From Candidatus Thermosaccharophagus tengchongensis (GTDB taxonomy: Bacteria; Armatimonadota; Fervidibacteria; Fervidibacterales; Thermosaccharophagaceae), in assembly GCA_032161105.1 (NCBI GenBank), contig JAVHTD010000001.1: a DNA stretch of 64,000 nt; one strand, written 5' to 3'. The number at the start of each line of letters is the position of its first letter. Positions within the stretch are counted from its first letter, which is position 1. The translations under genes and the position numbers were made by a program. A model generated the notes under the pieces. The model worked only from the letters and a program-made list of their open reading frames with translations. It did no database searches and was not told the origin of the DNA. This document shows positions 17,384 to 27,802 of this stretch, one piece after another.

Positions 17384-18298
17384 ATGAAACGAAAGCGCTG
17401 GATGATTAATTGTTGGCTTTGGGCAATGCTTTTACCGTTGCTCACATCGCTGTGTGGCTGCGGCAAGCACCGCATTTTAGCGCTCCCTTCGGTTAAGGTG
17501 GCGCTTGAGCCTGAATACCCATTGCACATAATGGCGGCTCGCTACAACGAATTGATGACCTATTTGGGAAAAGCGACCGGCAGGCGCGTTGAGTGGATTT
17601 CGGCGATGAGCAGCGAGAGCATGGTAGCCACCATTGAGAGCAGGAAGCCAGACATTGCCCTCGTTGACCCTTTGCATTATGTCATCCTGAGAAAGACATG
17701 CGGAGCAATACCATTGTTGAAGGTGCTTTTGCGACCGCCGAGCACCACAGGTGGCGAAGAAATCAGCACTCACACTCGCGGGTTAATCATAGCTCATGCT
17801 GATGGTGGTGCTCCGTCTTTGTATGAGTTGGGGAGGAGCATCGTCGTTGTTCCATCAAGGCAGTTGCTTTTTGGGTTTGTGGCTCAGATCAAAGTGTGCA
17901 AGGACGCCGGGGTTGACTGGCATTCGGCTCGCTTCTTGGTTGAGAGGCGTGAGGACAGAGTTGTTGCGGCAGTTGCATCGGGCAGGGCAAAATTTGGGTT
18001 CATCAGGGAAGGCACTCTTGAACTTCTGTCCGATTCAATTGACCTGAGCAAAGTGGTTCAAGTGGCGAAGACCAAACCATATCCAAACCCATGCTTCATT
18101 TGCCTCCCAGAGGTGCTACAGAGGCGAAGGAAAATCGTGATGGAACTCAAAGAGGCATTGCTCAAGCTCAATGAGCCATCACCCGAAAATAAGCGTGTGT
18201 TGGACTTGGCTGGATGGGTTGGGATCACGGATCAAGTTAGTGACAACGAATATAACTCGGTCAGGCAACTCATAAGCGAGCTCAATTTGCCGTATTGA
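17384..18298 (+). CDS. PhnD-like (phosphate/phosphonate family) substrate-binding lipoprotein
   Basis: Lipobox LCGC; pattern of YNELMTYLGKATGRRVE, VVAAVASGRA and TKPYPN resembles the PhnD/SsuA fold; no permease or ATPase adjacent. Confidence 0.6.
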   Translation: MKRKRWMINCWLWAMLLPLLTSLCGCGKHRILALPSVKVALEPEYPLHIMAARYNELMTYLGKATGRRVEWISAMSSESMVATIESRKPDIALVDPLHYVILRKTCGAIPLLKVLLRPPSTTGGEEISTHTRGLIIAHADGGAPSLYELGRSIVVVPSRQLLFGFVAQIKVCKDAGVDWHSARFLVERREDRVVAAVASGRAKFGFIREGTLELLSDSIDLSKVVQVAKTKPYPNPCFICLPEVLQRRRKIVMELKEALLKLNEPSPENKRVLDLAGWVGITDQVSDNEYNSVRQLISELNLPY

Positions 18299-18555
18299 TG
18301 ATGCTGTGCAAAGCACGGATGATGTCCCGCAGGAGCGAAGTTATCTCCACGACTTTCGGTGATGTAATAGCGTCTCTAACATGCATAACCTTGGGGGCTT
18401 TAAAGCGGTATCAAAAAGCTCCATCGCTAAGGTGAGGCTGCAGCATACTCGTTCAAGTTTCATCGGCGCATATTTTCGCCGTCAGGACGGCTGCGCAATT
18501 GTGCTCGCTCTGTAAGGCAAACCAAATTTACCTTGCGTCTTCTTCGGGGTGGAAA

Positions 18556-19419
18556 ATGATGAGGTCACTCGGCAGGCTTGTGAGAGGGCAGCCTGCAAGG
18601 GGGTTATTAAAAGTTGTCTCCCCGGAAACATGCGGTCTGAACTGGCTTGAGTTTAATTTGCTCCGTTTGGGCAATGGAGAGAGCTATGCTGATGAGGCGC
18701 TTTTCAAGCCCACTGCTGGCGAAGCCCTACCAGCTGAGCTTGTCATCGTTGTGCTCTCGGGCGCTTGCTCGCTTTATGCGGGCAATGCTTCGTGGGAGGG
18801 GCTTCAGTGCAGGCGTGATGTGTTCAGCGGTAAAGCGACGGCGCTTTATGTCCCACCAAGTATGCATTATCGCATTGTGGCGAGGGGTGAGTTGGAAGCT
18901 GCCATAGTGAAAGCAATTGTTTCAGATGAGGACGGCGTTAACGAACCAGTGCTCATCACACCAGATAAGGTGAAGCGGCGTTTAGTGGGCTTCCTAAACT
19001 GGCGCCGTGAGATTGACGACATCGTTGACGGCTCTTTTCCCGCAAGGCGACTGCTCGTTGGTGAGACGCGCAACCCGCCCGGGAATTGGTCAAGCTATCC
19101 GCCGCATAAACACGACCGACACAATCCGCCATATGAAGTGAAGCTTGAGGAAGTCTACCATTACCGCATATCGCCACCACATGGCTTTGCAGTCCAACTG
19201 CTTTACGATGAGGAGCATTGTGAGTCGTATGTTATCCACAATGGTGATACGCTCGCCATATCCAAAGGTTACCATCCAGTCGTTGTGGCGCCCGGATATC
19301 AGCTCTATTACCTTTGGGCACTCGCCGGTGACGATAGGCAAATGCAGGTCAAGTTTGAAGAGGCTCACGCATGGGTGCTCGCTATGGAAGCCGTTATAGC
19401 ATCTGCGCAGCCTGAATGA
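18556..19419 (+). CDS. iolB: 5-deoxy-glucuronate isomerase (IolB/KduI family)
   Basis: LLVGET..PGNWSSYPPHKHD, LEEVYHY, GYHPVV, YYLWALAG. Confidence 0.9.
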   Translation: MMRSLGRLVRGQPARGLLKVVSPETCGLNWLEFNLLRLGNGESYADEALFKPTAGEALPAELVIVVLSGACSLYAGNASWEGLQCRRDVFSGKATALYVPPSMHYRIVARGELEAAIVKAIVSDEDGVNEPVLITPDKVKRRLVGFLNWRREIDDIVDGSFPARRLLVGETRNPPGNWSSYPPHKHDRHNPPYEVKLEEVYHYRISPPHGFAVQLLYDEEHCESYVIHNGDTLAISKGYHPVVVAPGYQLYYLWALAGDDRQMQVKFEEAHAWVLAMEAVIASAQPE

Positions 19420-19492
19420 CCAGTTTGAGTTGTTGATTGAACCAAGGTGATTTTTCGGTGCAGCTGTGATGCCAGCTATCCAATGGGTCTTC

Positions 19493-19525
19493 AAAAGTGG
19501 GGCATTTTCACCCTTTCTGCCCCAC
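19493..19525 (-). terminator. Putative intrinsic terminator downstream of pfkA
   Basis: 8-bp stem GTGGGGCA/TGCCCCAC with a 13-nt loop, followed by TTTT on the minus strand. Confidence 0.45.
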
Positions 19526-19605
19526 AGGAGTCCTCACCCCGGCAAGCTTCGCTTATGGGGTCGCAACCCAGGTTGATACTTTGCCATCTTCGCAATAGGG
19601 AATCC

Positions 19606-20616
19606 TCATGTGGCGAGGAGTTGTGCGAGTGCGATGAGCGATTTGTCAAGCGGCTTTTTCTTTGAGTAGGTTTCCTCAAGCGGTGTCAGGACGATTTGTC
19701 CGTTCACTTCGCCGACCATTTTGTCAGTCTCACCGGCAAGGAGCGCCTCAACGGCAGCAGCACCGAGCTTGCTTGCCAGAACTCTATCCCTTGCTGTTGG
19801 CTTGCCGCCGCGCTGTATATGCCCGAGGACAGTCACCCTTGAATCAAGTCCCGTCCTGTCTTTGATGAGTTGAGCCAATTGAAATGCGCCGCCAGCTTCA
19901 TCACCTTCAGCCACCACCATGATGCAACTTGTCTTCCCCATGTTGTGCCAATGAAGCAATTGCATTGAGAGCTCTTCTATGTCCGTCCTCACCTCTGGGA
20001 TCAGTATCGCCTCAGCGCCACCGGCAACGCCGACATCCACAGCGATGAATCCGGAAAGCCTCCCCATGACCTCAACCCAGAATATGCGCCCGTGAGCTAT
20101 AGCTGTGTCCCTTATCCGGTCAATGGCATCAAGTGCTGTATTAATTGCGGTGTCAAATCCGATCGTGTAATCGGTGCCATAAAGGTCATTGTCTATCGTT
20201 GCGGGAACTCCTATGGTGGGTATGCCCGATTCAATGTAAAGCTTGTGCGCACCCTTGAATGTGCCCTCACCACCGATTGCAACTAAGCCATCAATGCCAG
20301 CTTCACGCAACTTTTGAATTGCCTTGCGCCTGCCGGACTTGTAATGAAACTCCTTGCACCGAGATGTCTTGAGGATTGTGCCGCCAGTCTGAATGATGTT
20401 TGATACTGACCTTCTATCCATCTGGATAAAGTCCCCTTCAATCATGCCCTCGTAACCGCGCATGATCCCAATCACTTCAACGCCGTGAAACAGTGCGGTG
20501 CGCACAACCGCCCTTATGCAGGCGTTCATTCCGGGTGCATCACCGCCGCTTGTGAAGACGCCAATGCGCCTTATCTCAGCTCTTTTATCACCGCCGATGT
20601 AGAGCCACCCCTTCAT
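19606..20616 (-). CDS. pfkA: ATP-dependent 6-phosphofructokinase
   Basis: TSGGDAPGMNA, GGEGT, PATIDND, EVMGR, LGHIQRGG. Confidence 0.95.
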   Translation of the reverse strand: MKGWLYIGGDKRAEIRRIGVFTSGGDAPGMNACIRAVVRTALFHGVEVIGIMRGYEGMIEGDFIQMDRRSVSNIIQTGGTILKTSRCKEFHYKSGRRKAIQKLREAGIDGLVAIGGEGTFKGAHKLYIESGIPTIGVPATIDNDLYGTDYTIGFDTAINTALDAIDRIRDTAIAHGRIFWVEVMGRLSGFIAVDVGVAGGAEAILIPEVRTDIEELSMQLLHWHNMGKTSCIMVVAEGDEAGGAFQLAQLIKDRTGLDSRVTVLGHIQRGGKPTARDRVLASKLGAAAVEALLAGETDKMVGEVNGQIVLTPLEETYSKKKPLDKSLIALAQLLAT

Positions 20617-20638
20617 GAGCGATCACCTCGGCAAATGC

Positions 20639-22174
20639 TCATTCGCTGTCTCGCTTAAACTCGCAACGATAGATGCTGACGCCGCGCAACTTCAGCACAA
20701 GCTCAATGATTGCGCATTTGTGCAGCCTCGCAATTGCTTCATCACTGCGCCATTCAACCCAAGGTCTCCAGTCAGTCGTCTCAACGAGCCAAAACTTATC
20801 GGTCAGCTCGTTGAGTTCCCCAACGCCGCTCAGGCTTGCACTCGGCTCAATCAGCAGGACGAAGTTGGTTGCCGCCGTTGCACTTTCCTTCGTCAACCCG
20901 AAAACCTTATGCCCAGCCGTTGAACCCATGTAGTAGGCAATGGGAGCGAATGAAAGGACAGAGGTGTGCACAACTGGTTCGTTATAGCGGTGCTCAATCA
21001 GGTAGCCGGCTGCTACTTTCCATTGCGCTTCGGCATATGCATCATCGGTGAAGTAAAACCAAAGCGAAGCTATGTTGAGCATCACGGTGAGGGATAAGAG
21101 GGCGATGGTTATCCTTCGCCTGTGGCTCGCTATCGCCTGCGAGATGAGAAGGCAATATGATGGCGCAAGTGGCAATAGCGCCCTCGGATGCCATATGGGA
21201 AGGAAGGAGGCTATTACTGCCCATGTTGCGATGCCGATGAGAAACACCCACCAAACAAATCCCTCCATTTGCCTCGCGACATTGACCCACGCACCGCGAA
21301 AGAGCAGATACGAAAACAAGAGTGCTCCCGCAACAACGACTGTGCGCGCGTGGATAACGGCATGGTGCACAGACGGCGCAAAGAGGCTGAAGTCGTGGAG
21401 CATATCAAGGATGCCAATCGGGCTCACCTTTGACATGTGGAAGCCATGCGCGATTGACGACGCACGCTGGAGCATGAATTTTGCCCATGGCAACACCATC
21501 AAAACGATGAGCAGGTTTGCAACCAGCCACTGCACGAGCAGGCGCCTCGTATGGCGCAGGTAAAGCGCGCAAGTGATGGCAATGGCAAACAATGGTGGCA
21601 GCGCAATGTAGTGCGTGTAGAGGGCGAGCAACGATGCGATGCAATATGTTGTGATGAGCCAATGCGCCAAACCGAACTTGAGATTGCGTTCACTCGCTCC
21701 AGCATCATTCTGCTCGCTGCCTTTTCCCGCACCGTAATGTTGAATGAGGCGCCATGCAGCAAGCAAAGCCAAGGTCACAAAAGCCGTGCAGGGCATGTAG
21801 CTCCAAACCTTTTGGCTGAATGAGACGAAATAGCAATTTGTGGCTGTGATTAAGCCGGCAATCAATGCGAGCCGAGGACCGCCAACGCCCATCCCAATTT
21901 CAAATGTCATCGCAACAAGTGCCACACCGATGGCGACTGAGAGCAGCCTCGCCCAAACATAGCCATCAGCACAGTTCCATAGCTTCTGGATGATGAACCA
22001 AAGCGGTCCGTAGTTTTCGTGCGGCAGTATTTGGAGCAGCCTTTCCCAACTCATCTTGCTGTAGAGCATGACGACGGCTTCATCGCAGTAAAGGTCCCTT
22101 TGAGAGAGCCCGATTAAGCGCACAATGAGCGCGCCAACCAAAATGAGCAGCATGGAATTGTAGCGGTTGAGCAT
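20639..22174 (-). CDS. GT-C fold membrane glycosyltransferase (GT39/ArnT/PMT-like)
   Basis: LYCDE motif after TM1, PLWF, RLLS, ALYTHY; many TM helices plus a C-terminal periplasmic domain. Confidence 0.75.
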   Translation of the reverse strand: MLNRYNSMLLILVGALIVRLIGLSQRDLYCDEAVVMLYSKMSWERLLQILPHENYGPLWFIIQKLWNCADGYVWARLLSVAIGVALVAMTFEIGMGVGGPRLALIAGLITATNCYFVSFSQKVWSYMPCTAFVTLALLAAWRLIQHYGAGKGSEQNDAGASERNLKFGLAHWLITTYCIASLLALYTHYIALPPLFAIAITCALYLRHTRRLLVQWLVANLLIVLMVLPWAKFMLQRASSIAHGFHMSKVSPIGILDMLHDFSLFAPSVHHAVIHARTVVVAGALLFSYLLFRGAWVNVARQMEGFVWWVFLIGIATWAVIASFLPIWHPRALLPLAPSYCLLISQAIASHRRRITIALLSLTVMLNIASLWFYFTDDAYAEAQWKVAAGYLIEHRYNEPVVHTSVLSFAPIAYYMGSTAGHKVFGLTKESATAATNFVLLIEPSASLSGVGELNELTDKFWLVETTDWRPWVEWRSDEAIARLHKCAIIELVLKLRGVSIYRCEFKRDSE

Positions 22175-22328
22175 TTCCTCTCCACCTTCAGTGCTATGTT
22201 GGCATGCGCTTCAATGCGAAGCCGGCGTTGAAGGGCACATTGCGCATAGCCATCGTCATGCCAATATGTTAAACTGATTTGCGATAAATGTCCGCTCCAC
22301 AAAATGCGCTCGTTGAGGTGAAAAGCCG

Positions 22329-23018
22329 TTGAGTGATATCGTTGCAGCCGTGCAGAGGATAATCCTCGCAGCGCCGGCCTTTATTACGGGGATTGTTTTG
22401 CATGAGTGTGCGCATGCATGGGTTGCATGGAAACTCGGTGATCCAACTGCTGTAGTTGAGGGGCGCTTGACGCTTGACCCGAGGGCGCATTTTGATCCCG
22501 TTGGCACCCTGATGTTTGTGATCAGCATGATTGCTGGAGTCGGGTTTGGCTGGGCAAAGCCAGTTCCAGTGAACTATTGGCGTTTCCGAAACCCATTGAG
22601 GGACATGGCGATAGTTGCAGTTGCCGGTCCAATGACAAATTTTTTGCTTGCACTCGTTTGGTATCTGTTGCTCGCCATCATGATACTGCTATTCGCATTC
22701 CTTAAGCCGCTCACCGGCATTCCGGTAGTTGGAATGGTGTTTGGTATGCTCATGCGAGTCTTGATTGCGATCGCCGTTAATGGCGTCATCATCAACTTCG
22801 CTCTGACGGCTTTCAACCTGATTCCGATACCGCCGCTTGATGGCGGCAGGATCGCAGTTGCGCTCCTGCCATCGGAGCTCGGCTACCAGCTTGCTCGCTT
22901 TGAGCCATTTGGCTTTGTAGTCCTAATTTTGCTTCTCTGGCTCGGAGCATTCAAAATCATGTTCACACCATTCATGGCGCTCATTAACTTGATGTTCCAA
23001 CCTTTGCCCATTTATTGA
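22329..23018 (+). CDS. Site-2 protease (M50) family protein
   Basis: HECAH, GWAKPVPV, AGPMTN, FNLIPIPPLDGG. Confidence 0.92.
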   Translation: MSDIVAAVQRIILAAPAFITGIVLHECAHAWVAWKLGDPTAVVEGRLTLDPRAHFDPVGTLMFVISMIAGVGFGWAKPVPVNYWRFRNPLRDMAIVAVAGPMTNFLLALVWYLLLAIMILLFAFLKPLTGIPVVGMVFGMLMRVLIAIAVNGVIINFALTAFNLIPIPPLDGGRIAVALLPSELGYQLARFEPFGFVVLILLLWLGAFKIMFTPFMALINLMFQPLPIY

Positions 23019-23068
23019 GCTATCACGCAACAGCAATATTGCAATCTCCGGCTAAGGGAGTGTGAGCC

Positions 23069-24067
23069 ATGTCGCAGGGCAAAGTCAAACGCGGTCGCAT
23101 ACTGAGCGGGATGCGCCCGACGGGGAAGCTTCATCTTGGCAACCTTGAAGGCGCCCTAAAGCAGTGGGTTGAGCTTCAGGATGAATATGAGTGCTTCTTT
23201 GAGATTGCCGATTGGCATGCATTGACGACAGCATGGCAGGATACAAGCGAGCTGCGCCAGTTCATAAGAGACCTTGCGATTGATTGGTTGAGTGCCGGCA
23301 TTGATCCGAAGCGCAGCGTCATTTTTGTTCAATCGCTTGTCCCAGAGCATGCCGAGTTGCATTTGCTCTTTTCAATGTTTGTGCCCGTGCCTTGGCTTGA
23401 GCGCAACCCGACTTACAAGGATTGGATTGACGAACTCGGACCGTCGGCAGCCACATACGGATTGCTTGGCTATCCGGTGCTCCAAGCTGCCGACATACTC
23501 ATTTACAAGGCTGACACTGTGCCGGTTGGGAAGGACCAACTACCCCACCTTGAGCTCACAAGGGAAATTGCGAGGCGCTTCAATCACCTCTATGGCGAGA
23601 TATTCCCGGAGCCACAGGCAAAGCTGACGGAGTTTGCGCTTGTCCCCGGGATTGACGGGCGCAAGATGAGCAAGACTTACAACAACCACATACTCATGTC
23701 GGAGCCGCCGGAGGAAGTTGAGCGCAAGATAAGGCGCATGTTCACCGACCCGGAAAAGATACGCATGGGAGATGCCGGTCACCCTGATAGGTGCCCGGTG
23801 TTTGCGCTTCACAGGATTTACAACGCTCAAGAGACGGAATGGATTGATTCGGAGTGCCGTTCGGGGAAGCTTGGGTGCGTCCCATGCAAAGAGAAGTTGG
23901 CAAAGAGGGTGAACGAGGAACTTGAGGTGTATCGTGAAAGGCGCTCATATTGGGAGGGGCACATTTCCGAACTTGATGAGTTGCTCTATGAAGGAAGCAT
24001 GCGCTCAAGGGAAGTTGCTAAGCGCACATTGGAAGAAGTTCGGCAAGCGATGAAGCTCTGGCAATGA
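23069..24067 (+). CDS. trpS: Tryptophanyl-tRNA synthetase
   Basis: SGMRPTGKLHLGN, YPVLQAADIL, VPVGKDQLPHLE, KMSKT. Confidence 0.97.
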   Translation: MSQGKVKRGRILSGMRPTGKLHLGNLEGALKQWVELQDEYECFFEIADWHALTTAWQDTSELRQFIRDLAIDWLSAGIDPKRSVIFVQSLVPEHAELHLLFSMFVPVPWLERNPTYKDWIDELGPSAATYGLLGYPVLQAADILIYKADTVPVGKDQLPHLELTREIARRFNHLYGEIFPEPQAKLTEFALVPGIDGRKMSKTYNNHILMSEPPEEVERKIRRMFTDPEKIRMGDAGHPDRCPVFALHRIYNAQETEWIDSECRSGKLGCVPCKEKLAKRVNEELEVYRERRSYWEGHISELDELLYEGSMRSREVAKRTLEEVRQAMKLWQ

Positions 24068-24128
24068 GGCAGATGGTGCAAGTGCACGAGATGCAGCAAC
24101 AAACTCAATCACCAACGCAGCGGAAGAG

Positions 24129-24986
24129 GTGGCAAAGGTGAGAGAAGGTGATGGAGGAATTGTTAGCCATGCGGAAGCCGTAGCGGAGAAACCCGAACGG
24201 AGGCTAATATTTACAGCACCATATGAGCCATACAGCTTCAACGGATACCATGTGCGCATAAGCATATTTGAGGGACCGCTTGAGCTTTTACTTTACCTCG
24301 TCAGGCGAAACGAAGCAGATGTGCGCGAGATACCGCTCGCCGAAATTACGAGTCAGTTCCTTGAGCACCTGCAACTCATGCGTGAAGTCAACATAGCCAT
24401 CACATCGGAGTTCATCCTCACGGCAGCCACATTGCTTTACCTAAAGTCAGCATTGCTCCTTCCGCAGCCGGAAATCGGTGAGGAGATTGAGGGCGACGAT
24501 GGTCCACAAAAGCTTTCCGAAGAGGAAATTAAAGCAATGCTCACGAGAAGGCTGGCTGAGTATTCTGGCTATCGTGAGGCAGCTGAGTATTTGCAGGAGC
24601 GATTTGAAAGGCGTGCGCTCATGTTCACACGCTTCAACGATGAGGGCGGTCAAGTTGGTCAACCGGAAGTTGTTGAGCTTGGGAGCGTATCCGTGTTTGA
24701 CCTAATTTGGGCATTGCGCGAGGCGCTGAATCGCCTTCCCGATGGCTCAAGGTTGCGCATTAAGCGTCGCAAGGTCACGGTCGCAATGCGCATAAAGGCG
24801 ATACTTTCAAAGCTGCGCTCAAAGCCATCCGGATGCGCCTTCTGGGAATTATGCGATGACTGCCAAACGAAGCTTGAGGTCATTGTGACATTCATAGCAT
24901 TGCTTGAACTCATCAGGCAAAGGCTCGTCACGGCTGAGCAGGAGAAACCGTTTGCGCCGATCGTTGTCCACCTCGCCCCAACATGA
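24129..24986 (+). CDS. scpA: Segregation and condensation protein A
   Basis: FEGPLELLLYLV and VTFIALLELI; adjacent to scpB. Confidence 0.92.
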   Translation: MAKVREGDGGIVSHAEAVAEKPERRLIFTAPYEPYSFNGYHVRISIFEGPLELLLYLVRRNEADVREIPLAEITSQFLEHLQLMREVNIAITSEFILTAATLLYLKSALLLPQPEIGEEIEGDDGPQKLSEEEIKAMLTRRLAEYSGYREAAEYLQERFERRALMFTRFNDEGGQVGQPEVVELGSVSVFDLIWALREALNRLPDGSRLRIKRRKVTVAMRIKAILSKLRSKPSGCAFWELCDDCQTKLEVIVTFIALLELIRQRLVTAEQEKPFAPIVVHLAPT

Positions 24987-25076
24987 GTTGCTTGAGTAGA
25001 TGCTGCTTAGTTTCACGGGTTGAGCTCTGCCAAGCATTGTGTTTGCGAGGTGGCTAATGTGCTCAATGAGGGTGAA

Positions 25077-25685
25077 ATGGAACAAGCAAACGATGCCGTA
25101 TGCTCGCAAGAAGCCAAAGCAGCCGAGCCTGATGAGCGACAATTGAAGCGCGCTATTGAATGTCTCCTCTTCGTCTCCGATAAGCCTTTAAGCTTGAACG
25201 AACTCAAGGGAGTGCTTGAGGTCAACAGTGAGCTCATCCAACGCTTAATTGGCGAACTCATGAGAGAGTATGATGAGCGAAGTGGCTTAGCCATAGTTGA
25301 GGTTGCCGGTGGCTATCAAATGGTCACCCGCCCCGAGTGCGCATTCTATGTCTCAAGGCTTCGTCAGCCACGCCGCATAAAGCTCTCAAGGGCATCACTT
25401 GAGACGCTCGCCATAATCGCATACAGACAGCCGATCACGCACCCGGAGATTGAGCAGATAAGAGGCGTTGACTCCTCCGGGTGCATAGCGAGGTTGCTTG
25501 AGTTGGGTCTGATCAAAGTGGTCGGTAGGAGGGAATCACCCGGACGACCATACCTTTATGCGACGACCGAGCGCTTCCTTGATGTCTTTGGACTTAAGGA
25601 CCTTTCGGAGTTGCCCCCAATTGAGCAGTGGCAAAGCAAGGTTGCAGAGGCGGAAATTGAAGTGAGCGAGACGAAGGGTTCGTGA
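25077..25685 (+). CDS. scpB: Segregation and condensation protein B
   Basis: IECLLF, LSRASLETLAIIAYRQPIT, IRGV, GRPYLYATT..FL..FGL. Confidence 0.95.
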   Translation: MEQANDAVCSQEAKAAEPDERQLKRAIECLLFVSDKPLSLNELKGVLEVNSELIQRLIGELMREYDERSGLAIVEVAGGYQMVTRPECAFYVSRLRQPRRIKLSRASLETLAIIAYRQPITHPEIEQIRGVDSSGCIARLLELGLIKVVGRRESPGRPYLYATTERFLDVFGLKDLSELPPIEQWQSKVAEAEIEVSETKGS

Positions 25686-25795
25686 TGGCAGTATGGTAAG
25701 GCGTGGTTTGGAATCTCTGGAGGGAGCCCTTTGCCTTTGGATTCGGAGTAAGCCACAACAACCCGTGTTAAAAGCCGGCAAAGCAAATTGCCGTA

Positions 25796-27796
25796 ATGGG
25801 GGCGGGCGATGAGCGCATGCACCAAGATGACATTCAAAAGCGCCGTATGAGTTTGCTCGCCTTCACTTGCTCGTGGTTTGTCCCGCTCATTGTTTATCTG
25901 TGGACGCTTTCACCGACGGTCTCATTTGGTGGCGATTGCGGCGACTTTATAACCGGCAGTGCCCTCATGGCGCTCGTTCATCCAAGCGGTTATCCGCTTC
26001 ATCTCCTTCTCGCAAAGCTGCTCACAATCGTGCTCCCAATCGGGGACATCTCATTCAGGGTGAATTTGCTCTCAGCGTTATTCGGCGCAGCTGCGTGCGC
26101 AGTAGCATATGGGATTGTTGTCTCTTTGACGAGGTCCACTCTTGTGGCACTCATCACGGCGCTGTCGCTCGGCTTTTCGTATGTGTTTTGGTCACAGGCA
26201 GTCATCGCGGAAGTTTACACCGGCTCCGTTTTCTTTACACTGCTGCCTTTGCTGTTGCTCATCAAGCTGCACAGGACCAAAGATAGGCGCTACCTCTACG
26301 GCTTGGGGTTGGCTTTGGGTTGTGGCGCATGCCATCACCTTTCAACGCTCATGCTTGCTCCGGCATTGGCGGCGTCAGTTTTAATGCTCGCCATTAAGTT
26401 GAGGATGCGCATCGCCGATCTATTGGTGGCTCTCATTTTTCTCATCCTGCCATTGAGCCTTTACGCCTACATACCATTGCGTGCGAATAGGGCAACGATA
26501 CATCGCTACTGGCAAAACGAGCACGGCTTCCCGCATCCGGGAAAATCGCTCAGCGGATTCAAATTTTATGTCACGGGTCAGATGTATCGCACAAAGATGA
26601 TGGCAATACCATTTCGCCGCCTTCCAGAGAGGCTATCTCTCTGGGCGAATGTCGGCTTTGCGCAGATGTGGCTTATATTTGCCCTCGCCATATCAGGATG
26701 GGTGGCTTTGCCATTTCTCTCGTTCCCATCTTTCGTCTCGTTTGCCATTGGGTTGCTCATCCAACTCCTCTTTTATCTGCGTTACGATGTTCCCGACATC
26801 GTTTACTTCTACCTGCCCTCATGGGCGATCTGGGGATGCGTTGGCGGGATAGGCGCCGGATGCATTTGGGATGCCGTAGCTGGAATGCGCCACCGCTACG
26901 GGCGCGTTTTGCTCTCCATCTATGCAGCGCTTCTCATTGGCACTGGGCTCTCACAAGCTGTGATTGCCTACCCGATGGCATCAATGCGCGGCAACAGGAT
27001 CGCAAGGGAGATGGCTGAGGACATACTCAAAAATCTCCCAACAAATGCCAAGCTGCTTGTCATGAGCGACGACCTGCTCTTCGCCATCTGGGTGGTGCAG
27101 AGGGTTGAGGGGATGCGCACGGATGTTGAGGTGCTCGGTTACCCGAACGATGAACGCTGGGCTGATTTGATGGCTTGGGATAAGGTGAGGAGGTTCATCA
27201 ACGATGGGCTTGTGCATATCACTTTCGTCTCACCGAGCTCAAGGAGATGGTCATTGCATCCGTCCGGATGGGTGGCAAAGCTGTCACATGAACCGCCGGC
27301 TAATGTGATTGGTTGGATGCCGAGCGAAGCCGGCTTTGGCAGTTTGCTCAGCACCAACTATGTTCGGTTGGTTGAGGCGAGAGTCCATCGCAGGCAAACC
27401 CATCCGGAGATGATGATAGCGCTCACATGCAAGTGGCATGTGCTTGATGCAGCATTGCTAAACTATGCCAAAGTCGTTTGGCTCGTGAGGATGAAAGGCG
27501 CTGATATATCTCATCCAAAGGTGAAAGATGTTGGTGGCAATGAGCGTCCATTTTGGTATGCGGAGGCTCATCCGATAGTGCCGAGGGGCTTCAAAGTGAG
27601 CAATGGATGCGTGATTGCCGTTGACTATTGCCTGCCGGTTGACTTTGACTTCCTTCCCGGCAGTTACGAAGTGCTTGCAGCTGCTGTTCTAAACAGTGAG
27701 CTTGCCGGGCTGCACTTAAGTAACGGTTCCGAACTGAAGCGCCGCCTCTGGAACAAATTCAGAGTTGTGGGTGAGTGTGAGATTGTGTTCAGGTGA
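25796..27796 (+). CDS. DUF2723/TMEM260-like membrane protein (putative glycosyltransferase)
   Basis: TLSPTVSFGGDCGDF, HPSGYPL, FRVNLLSA, WSQAVIAEVY, HHL, YIPLRA. Confidence 0.8.
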   Translation: MGAGDERMHQDDIQKRRMSLLAFTCSWFVPLIVYLWTLSPTVSFGGDCGDFITGSALMALVHPSGYPLHLLLAKLLTIVLPIGDISFRVNLLSALFGAAACAVAYGIVVSLTRSTLVALITALSLGFSYVFWSQAVIAEVYTGSVFFTLLPLLLLIKLHRTKDRRYLYGLGLALGCGACHHLSTLMLAPALAASVLMLAIKLRMRIADLLVALIFLILPLSLYAYIPLRANRATIHRYWQNEHGFPHPGKSLSGFKFYVTGQMYRTKMMAIPFRRLPERLSLWANVGFAQMWLIFALAISGWVALPFLSFPSFVSFAIGLLIQLLFYLRYDVPDIVYFYLPSWAIWGCVGGIGAGCIWDAVAGMRHRYGRVLLSIYAALLIGTGLSQAVIAYPMASMRGNRIAREMAEDILKNLPTNAKLLVMSDDLLFAIWVVQRVEGMRTDVEVLGYPNDERWADLMAWDKVRRFINDGLVHITFVSPSSRRWSLHPSGWVAKLSHEPPANVIGWMPSEAGFGSLLSTNYVRLVEARVHRRQTHPEMMIALTCKWHVLDAALLNYAKVVWLVRMKGADISHPKVKDVGGNERPFWYAEAHPIVPRGFKVSNGCVIAVDYCLPVDFDFLPGSYEVLAAAVLNSELAGLHLSNGSELKRRLWNKFRVVGECEIVFR

Positions 27797-27802
27797 AGAA
27801 TC

